Assembly (NCBI GenBank): GCA_951406725.2 | Contig: OX597820.1 | Coordinates: 39,370,001 to 39,434,000, forward strand | Reading direction: 5' to 3' | DNA from: Octopus vulgaris | Taxonomy: Eukaryota | DNA: 64,000 nucleotides | Part shown: piece by piece, positions 26,122 through 37,674 of the stretch | Layout: each line of letters starts with the position of its first letter | How positions within the stretch are numbered: position 1 is the stretch's first letter | Position numbers and translations under genes: made by a program | Notes under the pieces: generated by a model | What the model saw: only the letters and a program-made list of their open reading frames with translations | Database searches by the model: none | Told to the model about the DNA's origin: nothing

Positions 26122-26305
26122 AGGCAGCGATCTGGCAGAATCGCTTGCACGCTGGATAAAATGATTAGTAACTTTTCTTCCTTCTGAGGTAAAGAAAACT
26201 ACCTTCTGAGTTCAAATTCCGCCGAGGTTGATGAGCCTTTCCTGTTTTCGAGGCCGATAAAATAAGTACATGCTGAGCGCTGGACGCTATTGAATCGACC
26301 CGCGC
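26122..26305 (+). mobile_element. SINE family A, degenerate
   Basis: CTGGCAGAATCG head and GAGTTCAAATTCCGCCGAGG body. Confidence 0.7.
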
Positions 26306-28074
26306 CCTTTCACGTGGCCACAGCCATAAACACAACAGATATTACGACATTATTTTAATGTACAGAAGCGAATGTAGCCCCCAAGCATTTGGAGTACATC
26401 ACTGCTGAAAGACCCTGCAAACGGAATCATTAATACGCTGGTTGTTCAATCAAAATGTTTGTAATTCGAACGAACTCTCTTTTACTGAAATGATGCTGTG
26501 TTGTATTCTGACGTCCAAATGACACTTAACACTTAGCGATTCTAGCCCATCGATGTGTAAATTGATACGTAAAGATTATTTTTCCCTGTTGTAAGCTGTG
26601 CAGGACATACAATATTTAATGGATTTTGTTGGTTGTAGATCAAAGTTAGTTCCCTCTAAGAGACTGCTAGAGGAGGCTATAAATACATTCAACATACACC
26701 AAGCATCAAATACTGAAACCCATAACGAATCACCATGAAGTGGGTAAGGGTACAATTTGTTCTGTTTTTTTATTCCTTTTTTTTAATTTGCTTTTGTTTC
26801 CCTGCTACTTTATCACAGAAAACTGTCCGTTATTACACAGGAGAATATTTCACACCTGTATATCTTAAATCTAATATTTTACCATATATTCACATCTACA
26901 AGTAAATCATTATGAAAACTCAGAAATATCACAATCAATATTCATGAGAGAATGTTTCATTTAACTAGCCATAACATCTGCGCTAAATCAAAAGACTACA
27001 GTCGCCAATTTTACTGTATTCAGGGTACCTAGGAGCTATGATACAGCATCAATCACCAAGCAACATGGCTTTCTCTTTGCAATGCTTCTCTAATCTTTAG
27101 ATGTTTGAGCAGATCAATAAATGTTAACGTTTAGCTGATTTAAACATCGTGGAAAGATTTGACACTAATCCAACTAGAAAGGTAGAAAAAGAAGAATCGA
27201 TATATTACAGGGTATTACATAATACAAGAAATAAAAATCACGCCATTACTCTTCCAGCCAAAAGCAAGCACTGTACAATCTCTAGTGACAAATGAAAAAG
27301 AAAACCGATGAATAGAATTTGCTTTCAAAGACACGTCTATAGAATATAGAATATAGATAATATACGAATAGGAATTAATTGTACCTATTTGTATATAATG
27401 ATTAAGCATGTCGTGGCGGGAAATAGTGTCTGCGGTAGATGAATACCGTTTGGCAATGGTCCATTTTTGACTATCTTCCATAATAGAATAGGAGAAGCAG
27501 CTCTTGGCTATCCTCATTGTTGCTGCTGCTGTGGTTGTTGTTAATCTACTTATTTTTGGCGTGTTGTTTAGCCCTTGATCAGCTCTGATCGAACGAACGT
27601 GTGATTAAAACCGTCTAGTCGCAGCAATTATTTTTAAAAACAATATCCTCCTATACTCATCAAATTCTTCAATCTTTAGAATGAAATCACTCTGATCTTG
27701 CTAAAACTATCGTCATGACACACACACACACTTCCGATATCTCAAAAATAAAAGAGACCACCATTTACAAAGGCATTCTCCAGGACCTTGAATATTTCCT
27801 CCTCCACTCTCTTTCCTTCTACCTATGTCTATCTATTTCTATCAATCTATCCATCTGCCCACCCATCTATCCATCTATCTATCTAATTATCAATCGATCA
27901 CCATATATATTTCCAAATATACATACAAATATGCATGCATACACACACAAACACACACAGACACATACATGGATACATACATACGTACATAAATACATAA
28001 CGTTTTTACAAGCTTCATTCACTGAAGGATCATTAAAGGTTTTTTGGTGGAATGAATCGTCACCAATACTTTTA

Positions 28075-28412
28075 TTTTTTTAAGCCAGGTTCTTATTCTA
28101 TCAGTGTCTTTTGTTCAACTGCTAGATTATGGTCATATACACAAACCAACAGCGGTCGTCAAGCTTTCGCAGAAGAAAACACATACACAGTGACACACAC
28201 ACGAACATATATATATGCGTATGTATGTATGTATGTATGTATGTATGTATGTATGTACGACGGCCTTCTTTCAGTTTCTGTCGACCTAGTCCACCCACAA
28301 GGCTTTGGTCGACCCAGAGCTATAGTAGAAGCAACTCGCCTAAGGTGCCACGCAATGGGTGTGAACCCGGACACATGAACATGGGAAGTAAGATTCTTAC
28401 CACACAGCCATA
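28075..28412 (-). mobile_element. SINE family B, degenerate
   Basis: Reverse complement of the family B head and body (CTTACCACACAGCCA, ACAAGGCTTTGGTC). Confidence 0.7.
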
Positions 28413-28492
28413 TGTAAAGACAAGCATACATGAATACATACCTCTATTTTCATACATAAGTGGGGGGGGGGGGGCGTGAATAGATTATATAT

Positions 28493-28635
28493 TGGTTTCA
28501 AATTTTGGCACAAGGCCCGCAATTTCTGGGCAATAAGCAAGTTGACTACAACGATCCTAGTGCTCAACTGATACTTATTTTATCGCTCCCGAAAGGAGAA
28601 AAAGGCAAAGTTGAACCCAGTGACATTTGAATCAG
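28493..28635 (-). mobile_element. SINE family A 3' part
   Basis: GGTTTCAAATTTTGGCACAAGGCC...TACTTATTTTATCG..CCCGAAAGG. Confidence 0.7.
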
Positions 28636-31615
28636 TCGTCAACAAAGAGTACTTTGTGATGTGAGGGTGAGAGTTCCAGAATAGATTTCGTGGCAAATGG
28701 CCGAGGGTCTGCTACACGAGTCACTAGCACCTGCACCAAGACAAAGCAACAGCCCACAATTCCATCCTTTGCAATGACTTACTCTCTTCAAGGACTGCTC
28801 TGACATAGAGTAGATCTTAAGGGGAAAGGACGTGTCATTGAAAAGGTTGCGAATAGCGACGAAATGAATTTGACTTACGACCGATTGATTGTTCAATCAG
28901 GATATTAAGTAAACAATCGATTAGCTGGTTGGGTAGATATTTAACCAATTGACTTACAATAGAGAAGTGATAGTGAACCAGTGCATGTGTTATTACTATT
29001 GGCGCAATGGTCCTTCCAAGAAACCAGAAGTTCGCAGGCGTGGATTTCTAATTACATTGGTCAACAAAAAATTAACTCTGATAAATATAAGTTTCACTGT
29101 TCAGGAACCACACCGTTCGTTATCTCACACAAGACCGGAATAAAATTCGAACCAGGTAATGTTACTTTACTGCATCACAAATCTAATTTTTGTTTCACAT
29201 TATGTCAGGCACTAAAGCAAGACGATTCCATACTTAAAATCCCACTCAAGAGATTTTTTACTTGGAAGGGAAATGATCCGCATTTCAAAATTGGTTCGGA
29301 AATTTAACACAAATATTTGATGAATTTGACTACTGAGAAAATACAAAGAAAGATGTTTAAAATTATTGCGTTGATGTTGACATGATTTTTTTCTTCACAA
29401 ATGTGAGATCGATACAAAGTAGATGCATGAATATGTGTGTGTGTGCGCGCGCGCGTGTGTACGTGCGTGTGTGTATGTGTGCGCGTGTGTGTGTGCATGC
29501 GTGTCTATAAAGGGTAGGTCAAACGTCAAGTACAAAATACGTTCAATAAGCTCCGGAATTATCACAAATTCTTAAACTTTTCTAAAAGTGAATAAAATAA
29601 ATAAAATAATGAGGAATACACACCCACTCGTACATGATGAGCAAATAGCAGCCCAAATCTCGTTTCCATCTCACATTATCACATACATTAAAGCGAGACA
29701 TTTCCGTAATTAAAGACAGGAAATCACATTTAGGAGATTGTTTGAAAGGGAAATGATTCGAAATTCAAAATTGGTTCAGAAATTTGACAGAAAGCATTTG
29801 ATAAATTTGATTACTGGGAAAATACAAAGAAAGATGTCGAAGGTCATCGCGTTGATGTTGACAAGATTTTTCCTTCTCCGCAAATTTTTAAATAAAACAG
29901 ATTAAAAAAGACACGAAATTTCCTAGATTCATTACAAAATGCAAGGAAGTATGCTACTGCAATAGAGCCATTTATTATGCTGATATTGTAACAACCTTTC
30001 TTGCAAGTCCGTATTTGTAGATGTACTTGCTAGTTTCAGCTGACCAAATCAAATTAATAGTCTGTTTCTTAGTTCTAACCTAATTTTTAAAAATTTCGTT
30101 ACTTCTACGTACCACTGTGTGCATGTTTGTATGTATGTATGTATGTATGTATGTATTCACATCACAAAGCCCCTTCGAATGAACACCACAGAATCCACGG
30201 TTTCATACTTTGAAATGACTAAATATGAACTACTAGTGAATCTTACAAACCATGTTCAGGAAACTTCTTTACCACTTCTATACTACTACTTCTAGACTAC
30301 TACTTCTACGTAGTGAAGGAATCCACAGTGGCTGACGTGTTTTCGCCGCTCCTGACCTGTCAGCGGCCGAAGACACAGAAGACACAGAATAACAAATACA
30401 ACCCAGCAGGATTACTGATAAACAACTGTAATTACTGGAAGATCTACTACTTTCTGTGAGTAATTTGAATTTCCCTCAAAATAAGTTAAAGAATTCCAAA
30501 CCTACAGTTTGGGACAAAAATTTTAGAATCATAAATATCTCCATTTTTTGTGTGAACATTTTGCTGTCACCTCTTCCTTGAGTATCAGATTATGTAAAAT
30601 GCCTTTATTGTAACAACACAACTAAATGCACGCTAAAAGTATGACACCACAATTAAATGCACGCTAAAAGTATGGACGTAAACACCAGCTAACCTTTATC
30701 TTCTTCTTGACATACCTTTTATTGCAATTGCATTATTAAACACGCGGAGAATAAGAAGAAAAAAAAAAAGAAAAAGAAAAGAAAAAATACTATTTATAGT
30801 TCACTCTGCTCGTACATGACTCTATTCACAAGTACTGTTTATAGTCGGCCCCTCCTTTGATTTTTCTCAAAGTCAAGGTCACTGTTTCACAAGTTCCATC
30901 AACACTGTTGCGGTCAATTTGAACTCTATTTGACCGACCGTTCTTCATCTCACTTTATGAGCTATTTACTACTGCTGCTATCAGAATTTACTGCAGTTAC
31001 TACTATCGCTACAATTAGAAACATTCAAGTTGACGAGGACGCCAAAATATCTCTCTCCGTGTCTGAATTATACCGGTGGCACCAACGAAAAATCCCTTTC
31101 TTTCTCTGTGCTGGGAGAAAAGAGAATTTACTATAAAAACAAACCCCCAGCCCTCCCTCCAACGTATAATTTACTTTAAAAAGAAATACTTTAAAAGGGA
31201 AAAACGTGAGAAAAAAAAGAAAAATTAATAATCTAATTTAACAATAACATGTGCCTTCTCGCACATAAACACAGTATTCACACATATTCAAACATGCGCA
31301 GATGCAATTATTGAAGTACTAAATGGCACGTCAAATGATATTTAATCGTGTGGAACATGTTACATGCATATCATTATTCTAAAGTTTGGACATACTATCC
31401 CTTATCCTAAAGCTGCTTCAGACAATTAGGAAGGGTTCCCGACTCGTTGCACCGTCTGCTTTCAATCTTGGATTGTGATTCGGCTCAGCCCAAACTCTCT
31501 CAGTTTTTGTCTGCTGTTGCCTACTCCTACAAGGATTGCACCTGGTTTTTGTTCCTGATTTAACCCCGATTTGTCCTAGAGCCCATAGAAGATTGTTTTT
31601 AGTCAACCATCCATC

Positions 31616-33030
31616 ATGTCAGCTACCTACGCATCGAAACTGAGATCTGCAAGTAGGGCTTCTCATCAAGATGATGGTCCTACCAATAGTCAGCTCAACG
31701 AACAGTTGCTGTTGCTCAAACAAGAGGTTGAGCACCAAAAGTCTGTTGTTGCTCTCTTACTGAATAAACAGTCTCCTGTTGACGCAGAGTCACCCTTGAT
31801 TTCTTCCCTGGAGACGTCCAAACCGAAGGGAACAAAATCGAGGCGGCCAAAGAAGGCGAAGGAACCGGCGGTCGTTTCTGCACATGATCGTTCCCGTGCG
31901 GATTCTTCCTCATCTGCCTTTTCGGTCCCGGAGGTTCCCCAACCTAATTTGAGGAGCGTAGACTCAAACCTACCTGAAGACCGTTGTTCTCCCCAAAAGA
32001 AGAAACGTCGTCAAAACTCCAGTGGGGCGGATTTAGCTATGAAACCTGACCACGATAAACGGTCTCCTGTTGACGCAGGGTCACCCTTGATTTCTTTCCT
32101 GGAGACGTCCAAACCGAAGGGAACAAAATCGAAGCGGCCAAAGAAGGCGAAGGAACCAGCGGTCGTTCCTGCACATGATCGTTCCTGTGCGGATTCTTCC
32201 TCATCTGCCTTTTCGGTCCCGGAGGTTCCCCAACCTAGTTCGAGGAGCGTAGACTCAAACCCACCTGAAGACCGTTGTTCTCCCCAAAAGAAGAAACGTA
32301 GTCAAAACTCCAGGGGGCAGATTTGGCTATGAAACCTGATCACGATAAAATCTGTTTGGATTCTCCTTCACTTGTCCTTCCCATTAATGCCATTGCTCAA
32401 CCAATTCTGAACGATCTCGATGTGGGTTCATCTGGGGAGTGGTGCTCCCCCAAACCGAAGAAGAGGCAGTGCAGTTCCAAACCAGGCGGGAAAATTATGA
32501 CCACTAAATCCATTCCGATCGACCCCACAGGCCGACATAAGTCCGATGGCTATGAAACCACCCTTTCGAAATCCTCCAATGAAGAATCGAATACCGCAGC
32601 TCATAGTAGAGAACTTTTTGCCCACTCAAGATCGGCAATAATAAAAGATGACATTAATTTTGTTTCCGTTTTGGTTGGAAAATTGTTCTCTGTGAACGAA
32701 AATGTCAGTGTTCTTAAGGTCGCTCGGCTAGAAAGATTCCAAGCGAACCCAACCGCAGATACTAGACCACGCCCAATAAGGGTAATCTTTTCTTCTGATC
32801 GGGAGGCTTCAGTCTTTCTGAACAGAGTTCAGACGCATGCCTGGGAGGACCCCAATATGGGTTTTCGCGAGGAATACTCACTAAGAGAGAGAATTCGCCG
32901 GAGGAACCTGATATCCGAGCTAAAGATGAGGAAACAAATGGGAGAGAAGGGTTTACGAATCCAAGATGGACAGATAATCAAGTCCTACCTCTGGTCCCAT
33001 GCTGTAGTGCTGACAGGGAAAGTGATGTGA
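31616..33030 (+). pseudogene. LINE ORF1 (about 470 aa when repaired), split by a 1-nt deletion near 32313
   Basis: Coiled-coil-like N-terminus, internal 291-bp duplication, and C-terminal RL..RPRPIRVIF / ER.RRR.L..ELK.R..GE..L.I motifs typical of CR1/L2 ORF1. Confidence 0.8.
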
Positions 33031-35915
33031 GGGCAAATCGAAGTGAAGTTGATACCCCCGTCAACGATGCTATCTCTGATGCCCTTTATTCTGCTTGTTC
33101 CCCAACTCCCGCCCCTCAGACTTCACAGCTCAGCATCGTCTACACCAACTCGTGCTCCTTATTCCCAAAGTTCAGTGAACTATTTACACTGGCCCTACGC
33201 GACTCCCCTGATGTGATAGCTATCACCGAGACTTGGCTGACTCCAGCAGTAAAGGACTCAGAGATCCACCTGCAGGGCTACGTCCTTTTCAGATGAGACA
33301 GAGGAAAAAGGCGAGGTGGAGGTGTTGCTGTGTATGTTAAGTCTGAGCACAAACCGTCCTGCGGTATTCTACCCACAAATGCTCAACCTACAACCAAATT
33401 CGATGCCGTCTATTGCAAGCTGAGCCTATCTGAGTTTTGCCTGCCCGTGTTGGCTGTCTACAGGCCGCCTCTAGCCGACCCCCAGGACGATGCTCATCTA
33501 CTCGAAGCGATAAGATTCGTTTCAGCTTCGCATGACTGCTTGGTACTAGGCGACTTCAACGCTCCCACGATCGATTGGCCCGCATCAATTTGTACAACAT
33601 CTTCCCGGTTCGGCCAGGCCCTTCTTGACGTGGCTGAAGATTGTTTTCTATCGCAACATGTTGAATATCCGACAAGGCATCGGTCTGGGCAGCAGCCAGC
33701 TATGCTAGATCTGGTATTCTCCCGCTATCCAAGATCAGTGTCAGACGTATCTGTGTGCGACCCTCTTGCCAAGAGTGATCATGCGGTCCTGAAGTTCGTC
33801 ATGCACACAACTTTTTCCACGCCCACGATTACTTCGCTGCCACGTAGAGTCTTCTCTGCAATTAATCTTGAAATTCTAACCGAGGCTTCCGCGCTTCTGG
33901 ACTGGCGTTCCCTGATGACGTTGTCCTCAGTTGACGAACTATGGTCATCCCTCAAAGCATATGTAATCTGTTTGACTGACCAGGCAGTCCCCGTTGGACT
34001 TCCCAAGAGGAAGAAACACAAGCCCTGGGTGACGAAGAAGGTTAAACGAGAACGTCGACTCAGGGATATTGCTTGGGCTGAATTCAAAAATCTGGATTCG
34101 ACTGCAGCTTTTGAGGTGTACAAAACTCAACGAGACCGAGCCGTGAAAATTGAAAAGAAAGAACGCTTCAGTTATGAATACAAAATCGCGGCAAATGCCA
34201 GTAGCAATCCAAAAACCTTCTTTGCCCATGTCCAGCGGAATTCCCGCTTGAACAACCAGATTGCAACGTTGGTAGACTCAACAGGCGTATCGATTGAGGA
34301 CCCTTATCAACAGAGTCAATTATTTGCCGAGGCTTTTTCAACTATTTTCAAACAAGATGATGGTCGTGAACCCCCTCCATTTGATAGATCGGTACCTCCA
34401 ATGCTTCGATTGATCATCACGCGGGACGAAGTCAAACGTGTTATTCAAGGCCTCGATGTCAACAAGGGTCACGGCCCTGACGGCATACACCCACGGGTTA
34501 TCAAAGCGTTGGCTCCGGTCATCTGCGAGCCCTTAACACGACTATTCAATATGTCATTGGCGACGGGTGTTATACCTGCAGACTGGAGAACAGCGATAAT
34601 CTGCCCAATTTTCAAGAAAGGGAGCCGCGAAGACCCGCTTAACTACCGACCGGTTTCCCTTACATCAATAATCAGCAAGATGTTCGAAACCATCCTTAAG
34701 AAAAGTATGATGCTCCACCTCCTAAACACAGCCTCGATCACTGACTCCCAACACGGCTTCGTGCCGAAGAGATCATGCTTGACCAACTTACTAGTAATGG
34801 AAGAATTGGTGACGCGCATCCTCGATGATAGTGATGCTGTTGACATCGTTTTATTGGACTTTGCCAAAGCTTTTGACTCGGTAAACCACCGCCTACTACT
34901 TGTCAAGCTTCAAGCATATAGTTTCCATCCGGATATTGTACGATGGGTTGGTGCCTTCCTCTCAGATCGCTCCTTCCAAGTTCAAGTTAATGGTTCGCGG
35001 TCCGACGTCTCCAGTGCGAGCAGTGGCGTGCCTCAAGGTTCAGTGCTTGGGCCCTTGTTGTTCTTAGTCTTCATAAATGACTTGCCCGGCGACCTCACGC
35101 AACACACCCTTCTATTTGCCGACGATATCAAACTAGTCGTTCCTCGCGGTAGTATAGAGGATCTTCGTCGATGCCTCCACCAAATTTGGAAGTGGTCTAA
35201 CGATTGGGACCTGTGTCTGAACGTGTCAAAGTGCTGTCATCTGCCTGTCGGCTCTACTCCTGCAACTCAACTTGATTTCGAGCCGGGTCGTCTGCTGCTG
35301 GAGAGGACCGATCAGGTAAAGGACCTGGGTATCTTGGTGGATTCCTCCTTTTCGCCTTCGGCCCAGTGCGTCCATGCTGCCAACAAAGCGCGCGGAATTC
35401 TGTTTTTGATTCGACGGTCATTCGGAATGCTCACAGCAGCCATATTCCTGCCACTCTATGTCACGCTGGTGAGACCCATATTGGAGTATGGGATTCAAGC
35501 CTCTTCTCCTTATCTCCTCAAAGACATACAGCACCTCGAAAGAGTCCAGAGGCTGGCTACCCGCATGGTTCATGGTCTCAAAAATTTGTCCTACGAAGAA
35601 AGGCTGAGGACGCTCGACCTTTGTTCTCTTGAAAAACGCCGCCGCCGTGGTGATCTCATTCTCGCCCACAACATCATAAGCGGGAAGTGTAACCTCTCGA
35701 AAGAGCTGTTCTTCACTCCTGCTCCGGAGCGTCGGCTGCGGGGTCATTCCGAAAAGCTCTACCTGCGACGATTTCATCTCAATCGAAGGAGAGGAGCTTT
35801 CTCCGTCCGGGTTGCGGATCCGTGGAACAAGCTGCCAGACGAGATGGTGAAGATGCCGACGACCGCTTTGTTCAAAGCCTCCCTGGACCTCAAGTGGCCT
35901 GAACTCTTTACATGA
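33027..35915 (+). pseudogene. LINE ORF2 (AP-endonuclease plus reverse transcriptase) with one in-frame TGA at 33294-33296
   Basis: YTNSCSL, IAITETWL, GGGVAVYVK, VYRPP, GDFN and SDH (APE); NYRPVSLTS, QHGF, LDFAKAFDSV, GVPQGSVLGP, FADD and DLG (RT). The listed 89-aa and 861-aa ORFs are in the same frame. Confidence 0.92.
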
Positions 35916-36047
35916 ACACCACCCTGTACTAAACTCCATGTCCCCCTACATGGCCTTGCTATTTGCTTTTGAGCCAAATTAACTAACTAACTAACTAACA
36001 TGTATGTATGTATGTATGTATGTATGTATGTATGTATGTATGTATGT

Positions 36048-36307
36048 GTCATCTCTTGTGAAAGGTAGGAGAGTCCAGTTTGCTGGGCATTGTTGTAGAG
36101 CTGAAAAAGAAGTAATTTCTACTCTTCTCCTCTGGAAGCCATCTACTCGCAATACCAGAGGGCGCACACTCTCCTACCCTGATGTAATCTCCAGGGATAA
36201 AGGCATCCAGCAACAGGACCTCCGTAATGCCATGATGGACCGAGAAGTCTGGCGTAGCATGGTAAATTCCATTGTCTCGACCACGGTCGAACAATGATGA
36301 TGATGAT
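36048..36307 (+). mobile_element. 3' fragment of an RTE-group (RTEX/Proto2-like) LINE with (GAT)n tail
   Basis: RRVQFAGHCCRAEKE..LLLWKP..GR..Y..M.DREVWR motif; flanked by (TATG)n on both sides. Confidence 0.7.
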
Positions 36308-36471
36308 GTATGTATGTATGTATGTATGTATGTATGTATGTATGTATGTGTGTATATGAGTATATGTATGTATGCATGCATGTATGTACGTGTATATATT
36401 TGTTATGTATGTATGTATGTATGTATGTATGTTTGTATGCGTGTGTGTTCGTGAGTGTGTGTGTACGAATG

Positions 36472-36900
36472 TATATTATTGAGTTTTATTGCCAATAAAA
36501 CTCTTGCCAATGAAGAAAGAGTCGGCTTTTAACCTGGGTCCAAGGCTCCTCCATTGAAATTTCAACATCAGTAGGTTAGTTTATGCATGGTTTTGTGTAT
36601 AGAAGTAAGATTTGGGTTGTTTTCTTTTATATATGTATATACTCAAACATACAATTACGCGTTTAAGCATATGCGTGTAATTTATTTGCTAAATTTTGGA
36701 AAAGTTTTACATATTTTGACAGTTCTGTTTGTGACTTGCATCTAAAAACGTCTAACTAGCTTTTGCCTTTCTGGTTTTGAGAAGCCTAATTTCTAAGGAT
36801 TAGTGCAAACACTCTTTGTTACATATCCTAGTGCTCTAATTATTACGGGTAGAATTTTGAACTTGTTATCTGGGTGGAGTAACTGTAAATGTTTCAACGT
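36472..36900 (-). mobile_element. R4/Dong-like RLE element 3' fragment, copy 2
   Basis: LKHLQLLHPDNKFKILPVIIRALGYV plus 3' UTR homologous to 4993-5200. Confidence 0.75.
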
Positions 36901-36933
36901 ATGGACGGACGTATGTTTTGTATGTACATATTC

Positions 36934-37063
<130 letters not shown>

Positions 37064-37228
37064 CAAGTTGAAAAAGCGTTTGGAATCATTTTATATTTTA
37101 TTTTTTTAAATTTTAGAGAAATCTGTGAAACTAGTTAAGTCTTAAGATTTTTTTAATAAAAAATCTAAACGCATCCAGTGCCTTTTCACCTTCATTTTCC
37201 TAATTTTCTACCCGTGTGGAATAAAATA

Positions 37229-37628
37229 AGGAGTGGCTGTGTGGTAAGTAGCTTGTTTACCAACCACATGGTTCCTGGTTCAGTCCCACTGCGTGGCACC
37301 TTGGGCAAGTGTCTTCTACTATAGCCTCGGGGTGACCAAAGCCTTGTGAGTGGATTTGGTAGACGTAAACTGAAAGAAGCCCGTCGTATATATGTATATA
37401 TATATATGCGTGTGTGTTTTTGTGTGTCTGTGTTTGTCCCCCTAGCATTGCTTGTTAACCAATGCTGGTGTGTTTATGTCCCCGTTACTTAACGGTTCGA
37501 CAAAAGAGACCGAAAGAATAAGTACTGGGCTTACAAAAGAATAAGTCCCGGGGTCGAGTTGCTCGATTAAAGGTGGTGCTCCAGCATGGCCGCAGTCAAA
37601 TGACTGAAACAAGTAAAAGAGTAAAAGA

Positions 37629-37630
<2 letters not shown>
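37229..37630 (+). mobile_element. SINE family B, full length and well conserved
   Basis: GGAGTGGCTGTGTGGTAAG (A-box-like), GGTTCAGTCC (B-box-like), conserved body and GTAAAAGA tail. Confidence 0.88.

Positions 37631-37669
<39 letters not shown>

Positions 37670-37674
<5 letters not shown>

Larger units (their letters stand above)
31390..35998 (+). mobile_element. Near full-length CR1-clade LINE with (AACT)n tail
   Basis: ORF1 plus APE-RT ORF2, short 3' UTR and (AACT)n tail at about 35980-35998; 5' boundary uncertain. Confidence 0.9.

Noticed and set aside
33294-33296. Programmed readthrough or selenocysteine at the in-frame TGA
   Set aside because: The position corresponds to Arg in the usual FRRDR motif, so a CGA>TGA mutation is simpler.
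33779-35977. Antisense and alternate-frame ORFs within the LINE
   Set aside because: Expected shadows of a GC-balanced coding region; no independent evidence.
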